DNA of 48,222 bases from a bacterium (GTDB lineage: Bacteria > CAIJMQ01). Below the pieces are notes generated by a model. That model saw nothing but the letters and a program-made list of their open reading frames with translations, made no database searches and was not told where the DNA came from. The position numbers were made by a program, and so were the translations under genes. Location: positions 1 to 48,222 of the forward strand of contig JAGLSL010000008.1 in NCBI GenBank assembly GCA_023135785.1, in the 5' to 3' direction. Positions 42,952-48,222 of this stretch are shown here, piece after piece. Every line of letters starts with the position of its first letter. Positions within the stretch are counted from its first letter, which is position 1.

Positions 42952-44485
42952 AGAATATGTTGCGATTCTGGATTTTGGTTCGCAATACACGCAATTAATC
43001 GCTCGCAGAGTAAGAGAGTGTAAAATCTATTCCGAAATATTCCCATATACCGTCTCCCTTAAAAAAATTATCGCGGACAAACCCAAGGCTATCATTCTAT
43101 CCGGCGGGCCGGCAACAGTTACCTTGAGCAAGAGTCCGACTATATCAAAGCAGATATTCGAACTTGGGATTCCCGTATTAGGCATATGCTACGGCATGCA
43201 ACTTATGGCAAAATTATTTGACGGTAAAGTGAAGCGTTCTCCAAACCGCGAATATGGAAATGCAAAATTAAACATAGCAAAATCCGACAAAATTTTTAGC
43301 GGACTTAGCAAAAACTTCACCGTCTGGATGAGCCATGGGGACCAAGTACTGACTCTTCCCAAAGATTTCAAGGCAATCGCATACAGTTCAAACGCCAAAA
43401 TAGCAGCAATACAGAATAAAACAAAAAAATTATACGGCGTCCAGTTTCATCCTGAGGTAGTCCATACTCCTCAAGGTTTAAAAATAATAGATAATTTCTT
43501 AAAGAAAATATGCGGATGTTCTGCCAGCTGGACAATAAGTTCATTTATTAAAAATTCCGTAAAAGATATAAGAAAAGAAGTGGGAAACAACCGCGTTATT
43601 TGCGCTTTAAGCGGCGGAGTAGATTCTTCCGTATTGGCAATTCTTCTGCATAAAGCAATAGGGAAGAGACTTTCATGTGTTTTTGTTGATAACGGCTTAT
43701 TACGAAAAAATGAAGCGGCGCAAATTGTTAAAAAATTTAAACAGCAGTATAAACTAAATCTAATTCATGTCGATGCAAGTAAAAGATTTATAAAAGAATT
43801 AAAAGGTGTCATTGATCCTGAGGAAAAACGGCATATTATCGGTAAGGAATTCATAAAAGTATTTGAAGCCGAGGCAAAGAAATCAGGTAAAATAAAATTT
43901 TTGGCGCAAGGAACTCTTTATCCCGATGTAGTAGAATCTCAGTCCGTATTTGGAGGGCCTTCTGCCACAATAAAATCACACCATAATGTCGGAGGACTGC
44001 CCAAGAATATGCAATTTAAACTTATTGAACCATTCAGATCCTTATTCAAAGACGAAGTAAGAAAAGTCGGAGAAGAACTAAAACTTCCAGAAAACATAAT
44101 ATGGAGGCAACCTTTTCCCGGACCCGGATTGGCGGTAAGAATAATAGGAGAAATAACCGAAGAAAGAATAAATATCTTAAAAGAAGCTGATTCAAGAATT
44201 CAGGATGAAATAAAAGCCGCAGGTCTTTATAAAGAAATCTGGCAATCTTTCGGAGTCCTTCTTCCGATTAAAACAGTCGGGGTTATGGGGGACGAACGAA
44301 CTTATGAAAATGTTATTACTATAAGAGCCGTAACAAGTCAGGACGGCATGACTGCAGATTGGGTAAAATTGCCGTATGAATTACTGGGTAAAATTTCCAA
44401 CAGAATAATTAATGAAGTTAAAGGTGTAAACAGAGTGGTTTATGATATTTCAAGTAAACCGCCGGCAACAATTGAATGGGAATAA
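42923..44485 (+). CDS. guaA: GMP synthase (glutamine-hydrolysing)
   Basis: 520 aa from [39 protein letters not shown], the FHPE GATase triad, the SGGVDSS PP-loop and a C-terminal PPATIEWE. Overlaps the carB 3' end by 29 nt. Confidence 0.95.
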   Translation: MKKKTKAVIKEYVAILDFGSQYTQLIARRVRECKIYSEIFPYTVSLKKIIADKPKAIILSGGPATVTLSKSPTISKQIFELGIPVLGICYGMQLMAKLFDGKVKRSPNREYGNAKLNIAKSDKIFSGLSKNFTVWMSHGDQVLTLPKDFKAIAYSSNAKIAAIQNKTKKLYGVQFHPEVVHTPQGLKIIDNFLKKICGCSASWTISSFIKNSVKDIRKEVGNNRVICALSGGVDSSVLAILLHKAIGKRLSCVFVDNGLLRKNEAAQIVKKFKQQYKLNLIHVDASKRFIKELKGVIDPEEKRHIIGKEFIKVFEAEAKKSGKIKFLAQGTLYPDVVESQSVFGGPSATIKSHHNVGGLPKNMQFKLIEPFRSLFKDEVRKVGEELKLPENIIWRQPFPGPGLAVRIIGEITEERINILKEADSRIQDEIKAAGLYKEIWQSFGVLLPIKTVGVMGDERTYENVITIRAVTSQDGMTADWVKLPYELLGKISNRIINEVKGVNRVVYDISSKPPATIEWE

Positions 44486-44492
44486 CAAACTA

Positions 44493-44606
44493 CAGAAAAT
44501 AGAAATACGGTAGATATACGATAGAAATATGGTAGAAATATATAACAAGATGCAGGTAGGCAATTTATTTCCATTATATTTCAATGTATTTCGATTTATT
44601 TCTTTC
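44493..44606. repeat. GAAATA/TATTTC word hairpin upstream of hisH
   Basis: Left arm acagaaaatagaaatacggtagatatacgatagaaatatggtagaaatat. Right arm aatttatttccattatatttcaatgtatttcgatttatttct. Homologous to 6468-6556. Confidence 0.8.
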
Positions 44607-44634
44607 TTATTTTATCGAACGAAGTGAGGTAAAT

Positions 44635-45261
44635 ATGATAGCAATAATTGACTACGGGATGGGAAATTTAAGAAGTGTTAGCAAAGCTCTGGAATCTGTC
44701 GGCGCAAAAACTATAGTCACAAATAAACCCGAAGACATAAAATCCGCCGATGCAGTAATCCTGCCAGGAGTTGGCGCATTTTACAGAGGCATGGAAAATC
44801 TAAAGGATAAAAAACTTTTGCCCGTTATATCCGAAGCTGTAAAAAGCAAAAAGCCCTTTTTGGGCATTTGCTTAGGATTACAACTCTTATTCACAGAAAG
44901 CGAAGAACACGGTATATCCAAAGGATTGGGGCTAATAAAAGGACGCGTTAAAAAATTCTCCTCCGGCTTAAAAATTCCACATATGGGATGGAACCAAATA
45001 AGACTAAAGACCGAAGACCAAAGACCAAAGACCATAAACTTATTTAAAGATATACCGGATGAAAGTTATTTTTACTTCGTGCATTCTTATTACGTAGAGC
45101 CTGAAGACAAAAACACTATTATTGCTACTACCAATTATGGCGAAAATTTTGTTTCGGCAATAAATAAAGATAATATATGGGGTGTCCAATTTCACCCCGA
45201 AAAAAGCTCGGATTTGGGATTAAAAATTTTAAAAAATTTCGTTGAATCAATAAAAAAATAA
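44635..45261 (+). CDS. hisH: imidazole glycerol phosphate synthase, glutaminase subunit
   Basis: 208 aa from MIAIIDYGMGNLRS. GICLGLQ catalytic Cys, HMGWN and QFHPEKS. The ORF-track start at 44584 lies in a repeat arm. Confidence 0.95.
   Translation: MIAIIDYGMGNLRSVSKALESVGAKTIVTNKPEDIKSADAVILPGVGAFYRGMENLKDKKLLPVISEAVKSKKPFLGICLGLQLLFTESEEHGISKGLGLIKGRVKKFSSGLKIPHMGWNQIRLKTEDQRPKTINLFKDIPDESYFYFVHSYYVEPEDKNTIIATTNYGENFVSAINKDNIWGVQFHPEKSSDLGLKILKNFVESIKK
45001..45035 (+). repeat. heptamer AGACC(A/G)A x4-5, in frame within hisH
   Basis: agactaa agaccga agaccaa agaccaa agaccat encodes LKTEDQRPKT, in a loop about 6 aa longer than I recall for E. coli HisH. Confidence 0.8.
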
Positions 45262-45267
45262 TGTTAG

Positions 45268-45291
45268 CCCCGTTAGAAATATTTTAACGGG
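45268..45291. repeat. minimal CCCCGTTAGAAAT...TTAACGGG hairpin (arms of the ACCCCGTTAGAGAT family without an interior)
   Basis: CCCGTTA/TAACGGG stem in the hisH-hisF spacer. The right arm runs into the hisF RBS GGGAGG. Confidence 0.55.
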
Positions 45292-45306
45292 AGGAAAAGA
45301 TAACAA

Positions 45307-46110
45307 ATGGAAAAAGAAACTAAATTTCTAACAGGGTTAGCAAAAAGAATAATACCCTGCTTAGACGTAAAAGGCGGACGTGTTGTAAAAGGCATTAAGT
45401 TCCGTGAACACCGTGACGCCGGCGATCCTGTAGAACTTGCCTTTTTTTATAATAAAGAGGGTGCTGATGAGCTGGTATTCTACGACATTACAGCATCCAG
45501 TGATGAGCGTTCCATAATGCTTGATGTGGTTCGGCGAACAGCTAACCAGCTTTTTATACCCCTTACCGTAGGTGGCGGTCTGCGTACTGTGGATGACATG
45601 AACCAAATGCTGAAAGCCGGAGCGGACAAAATATCTATTAATACCGCAGCAGTAATGAACCCCAAATTGATATCAGAGGGCGCGCAACGCTTCGGCAGTC
45701 AATGCATAGTGCTTGGAATGGATGCCAAGCGTATCCCCGATTCAAATCCAGTTCGCTGGATTATTCACACTCATACAGGCGCGGACGGAGGACATTCCGC
45801 AGGTCTGGATGCAATAGACTGGGCAAAACAGGCAGTGGAACTGGGAGCGGGCGAGATTGTGGTAAACAGTATTGATGCCGATGGCACTAAAAAGGGATAT
45901 GACCTGGAGTTGCTACGCGCTATTTCAGAAAATGTTTCAGTCCCTGTAGTTGCCAGCGGCGGAGCAGGTAATTTAGACCATCTTGCCGAAGCCCTGACTA
46001 AAGGCAAAGCCGATGCAGTCCTCGCCGCTTCAATCTTTCATTATGGCGAATATTCAATTAAAGAAGCAAAAGAATATCTTAAAAAGAAGGGAATTCTTGT
46101 AAGAATATAA
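45307..46110 (+). CDS. hisF: imidazole glycerol phosphate synthase, cyclase subunit
   Basis: 267 aa. [26 protein letters not shown] and ASGGAG...ASIFH. Confidence 0.95.
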   Translation: MEKETKFLTGLAKRIIPCLDVKGGRVVKGIKFREHRDAGDPVELAFFYNKEGADELVFYDITASSDERSIMLDVVRRTANQLFIPLTVGGGLRTVDDMNQMLKAGADKISINTAAVMNPKLISEGAQRFGSQCIVLGMDAKRIPDSNPVRWIIHTHTGADGGHSAGLDAIDWAKQAVELGAGEIVVNSIDADGTKKGYDLELLRAISENVSVPVVASGGAGNLDHLAEALTKGKADAVLAASIFHYGEYSIKEAKEYLKKKGILVRI

Positions 46111-46242
46111 TAGTAACCAGTAACCTGTGTACTGTAACCAGAAAAATATGAAAGAAAATTTCCAGTTCGATTTTGAAAAGTTGAGTGTATATCTATGTAG
46201 ATTTTTAACTGTGAACTGTAAACTGGTTACTGTTAACTAACC
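46111..46242. repeat. GTAAC/GTTAC word hairpin between hisF and purF
   Basis: Left arm tagtaaccagtaacctgtgtactgtaaccag. Right arm taactgtgaactgtaaactggttactgttaactaacc. Confidence 0.8.
46148..46240 (+). pseudogene. 30-codon ORF, possibly the N-terminal remnant of a four-helix-bundle (23S rRNA IVS-type) protein gene
   Basis: MKENFQFDFEKLSVYLCRFLTVNCKLVTVN*. The first 15 aa resemble the F.FE.L.VY(Q/K) N-terminus I recall for TIGR02436-type proteins. The remainder is read-through of the right repeat arm. Confidence 0.3.
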
Positions 46243-46261
46243 GAGCATAAGCGAGGTAAAC

Positions 46262-47638
46262 GTGTGCGGAATATTTGGAATATACGGTCATAAAGATGCA
46301 TCTCGGCTCACCTATCTGGGGCTTTATGCTCTCCAGCATCGCGGTGAAGAAAGCGCCGGCATAGTTTCCGCTAACGGTGGCGGCAAAGTAAAATCCCATA
46401 ATGGTATGGGGCTTGTATCCGATGTCTTCAAGGAAAAAACCATAAAATCTCTTCACGGAAATGTAGCAGTTGGTCATGTCCGTTATTCAACAACCGGTTC
46501 AAGCATTTCCAAAAACATACAGCCGTTTCTTGTAGCTCACCGAAAAGGTCATATAGCAATTGCTCATAACGGCAATCTCGTAAACACTAAACAATTGCGA
46601 CACGGGATGGAGAACAAGGGATCCATTTTCCAAACCTCAATGGATTCGGAGCTTGTAGTCCACCTAATTGCGAAATCGGATAAAAAAGATAAGAAACACA
46701 TTATTATAGAGGCCCTATCACAACTTGAAGGCGCTTATTCAATAATTCTAATGATGAACAATACATTAATCGGAGCAAGAGACCCTTACGGATTTAGACC
46801 CCTTTGCGTAGGCAAACTTGACGGGGCATATGTACTGGCAAGCGAAACCTGCGCATTAGATTTAATACAGGCAAAATATGTCCGCGATATAGAACCAGGC
46901 GAGATTGTGTTTATTGACAACCAAGGACTTCGCTCCATTAAACCTTTCCCGCCCCAAAAACACGCATCCTGTATATTTGAATACATATATTTCTCAAGAC
47001 CTGACAGTAATATATTCGAAAAAAACGTTTACTTGACAAGAAAGCGATTAGGCAAACAGCTTGCAAAAGAACATCCCGTCAAAGCCGATTTAATAATGCC
47101 TATCCCAGACTCAGGCAACTACGCAGCGCTCGGTTTCGCAGAAGCATCCAACATACCATACGAAATAGGAATGATACGAAATCATTATATCGGCAGAACA
47201 TTTATCCAGCCGTCACAGTTTATACGCGATTTCAAAGTAAAAATTAAGTTAAATCCCATAAAAGACGTGCTTAAAGGTAAGCGCATAGTAATAATAGAAG
47301 ATTCCATAGTAAGAGGCACAACAAGCCGCATAAGAGTAAAAACCCTAAGAGAAGCAGGCGCAAAAGAAGTCCATATGCGGGTAAGTTGTCCTCCGCTTAT
47401 ATCGCCCTGTTTCTACGGCATAGATTTCCCCACAAAAAAAGAACTCATTGCTTCAAACCGCACAATTGAAAGCATAAAAAATTTTATAGGATTAGACAGC
47501 CTAAAATATCTAAGTTTGGAAGGTATGCTCAAATCAATGTTATTGCCGAAAGAAGAATTTTGTACGGCATGTTTCACAGGCAATTATCCAATTAAGTTAT
47601 CTAAAAAAGTTTCTAAAAAAATGCTGGAGAAAAATTAA
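46262..47638 (+). CDS. purF: amidophosphoribosyltransferase
   Basis: 458 aa. GTG start followed by the Ntn Cys (MCGIFGI). The PRTase motif [12 protein letters not shown] and an Fe-S Cys context. Confidence 0.95.
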   Translation: MCGIFGIYGHKDASRLTYLGLYALQHRGEESAGIVSANGGGKVKSHNGMGLVSDVFKEKTIKSLHGNVAVGHVRYSTTGSSISKNIQPFLVAHRKGHIAIAHNGNLVNTKQLRHGMENKGSIFQTSMDSELVVHLIAKSDKKDKKHIIIEALSQLEGAYSIILMMNNTLIGARDPYGFRPLCVGKLDGAYVLASETCALDLIQAKYVRDIEPGEIVFIDNQGLRSIKPFPPQKHASCIFEYIYFSRPDSNIFEKNVYLTRKRLGKQLAKEHPVKADLIMPIPDSGNYAALGFAEASNIPYEIGMIRNHYIGRTFIQPSQFIRDFKVKIKLNPIKDVLKGKRIVIIEDSIVRGTTSRIRVKTLREAGAKEVHMRVSCPPLISPCFYGIDFPTKKELIASNRTIESIKNFIGLDSLKYLSLEGMLKSMLLPKEEFCTACFTGNYPIKLSKKVSKKMLEKN

Positions 47639-47639
47639 A

Positions 47640-48222
47640 ATGCCAAAATATATATTTATAACCGGTGGCGTAGTTTCAAGTCTGGGTAAAGGAATAGCTT
47701 CTGCTTCAATAGGTAAACTTCTAGAATCAATGGGCTTAAAAATAACCATTATAAAATGCGACCCGTATATAAATGTTGACCCCGGCACAATGAATCCGTT
47801 CCAGCACGGTGAAGTTTATGTCACTGACGACGGCGCCGAAACAGATTTGGACTTAGGTCATTATGAACGCTTCACAAACGCAATCGTCGGCAAAGCCAAT
47901 AATATAACCAGCGGCAAAGTATATTATTCGGTTATCTGTAAAGAAAGAAAAGGCGAATTCCTCGGCGGAACAGTTCAGGTAATTCCTCATATCACAGACG
48001 AGATAAAGTCACAGATAAAAAATGCTTCAAAAGGCAAAAATTTGGATATAGTAATAGTTGAAATCGGCGGAACTGTCGGTGATATAGAAAGCTTACCTTT
48101 TATGGAAGCAATCAGACAGATGACTTTGGAACTGGGCAGAAAAAATGCAATAAACATACACCTTACCCTTGTACCTTATATTAAAAGCGCGCAAGAAATA
48201 AAAACAAAACCTACACAGCATA
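47640..48222 (+). CDS. pyrG: CTP synthase (5' partial, runs off the window)
   Basis: My own translation gives [78 protein letters not shown], with no stop before the window end. Starts 1 nt after the purF stop. Not in the ORF track. Confidence 0.9.
   Translation, partial: MPKYIFITGGVVSSLGKGIASASIGKLLESMGLKITIIKCDPYINVDPGTMNPFQHGEVYVTDDGAETDLDLGHYERFTNAIVGKANNITSGKVYYSVICKERKGEFLGGTVQVIPHITDEIKSQIKNASKGKNLDIVIVEIGGTVGDIESLPFMEAIRQMTLELGRKNAINIHLTLVPYIKSAQEIKTKPTQH

Overview
AT-rich bacterial chromosomal window, probably from an uncultured anaerobe (inference only). I saw no rRNA, CRISPR array, transposase or integrase. I support 43 protein genes, 3 tRNAs and one candidate 6S RNA. Left part (0-16 kb): an nfnAB-like oxidoreductase pair; a single-chain Type IIG restriction-modification gene lying between inverted low-complexity 'word' repeats next to tRNA-Leu and tRNA-Gly; tig-clpP; rplM-rpsI-zapA; pdxA, ispH, corA and others. 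Middle (17-24 kb): an anti-sigma / bactofilin-like membrane protein / ECF sigma module; two small Cys-rich orphan genes; an XRE regulator; an MshEN-domain protein; dapF-dapL. Right half (24.2-48.2 kb): an uninterrupted same-strand run of ammonia- and glutamine-handling genes. The order is gdhA, sigma-like gene, porin, amt, glnK, glnA, nadE, Fis-like HTH, gltB, gltD, an uncharacterised 874-aa PPDK_N/ATP-grasp protein, carA, N-terminal half of carB, guaA, hisH, hisF, purF, pyrG. A 15-bp palindrome, GCACAA-N3-TTG(T/A)GC, recurs upstream of gdhA, glnA and the Fis-like/gltB unit. The window is also saturated with several palindromic repeat families. Some have conserved ACCCCG...CGGGGT arms and variable interiors. 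Others are long imperfect hairpins built from short words (TAGAC, GACAGA, GAAATA, GTAAC, GCTAA). Several of these run in frame into housekeeping genes (carB, carA stop, hisH, nfnB, pdxA, dapF stop). Best candidates for new biology: the glutamine-centred supercluster with its embedded unknown protein and shared operator, the word-repeat-bounded cassettes, and the repeat-bracketed 6S-like RNA.
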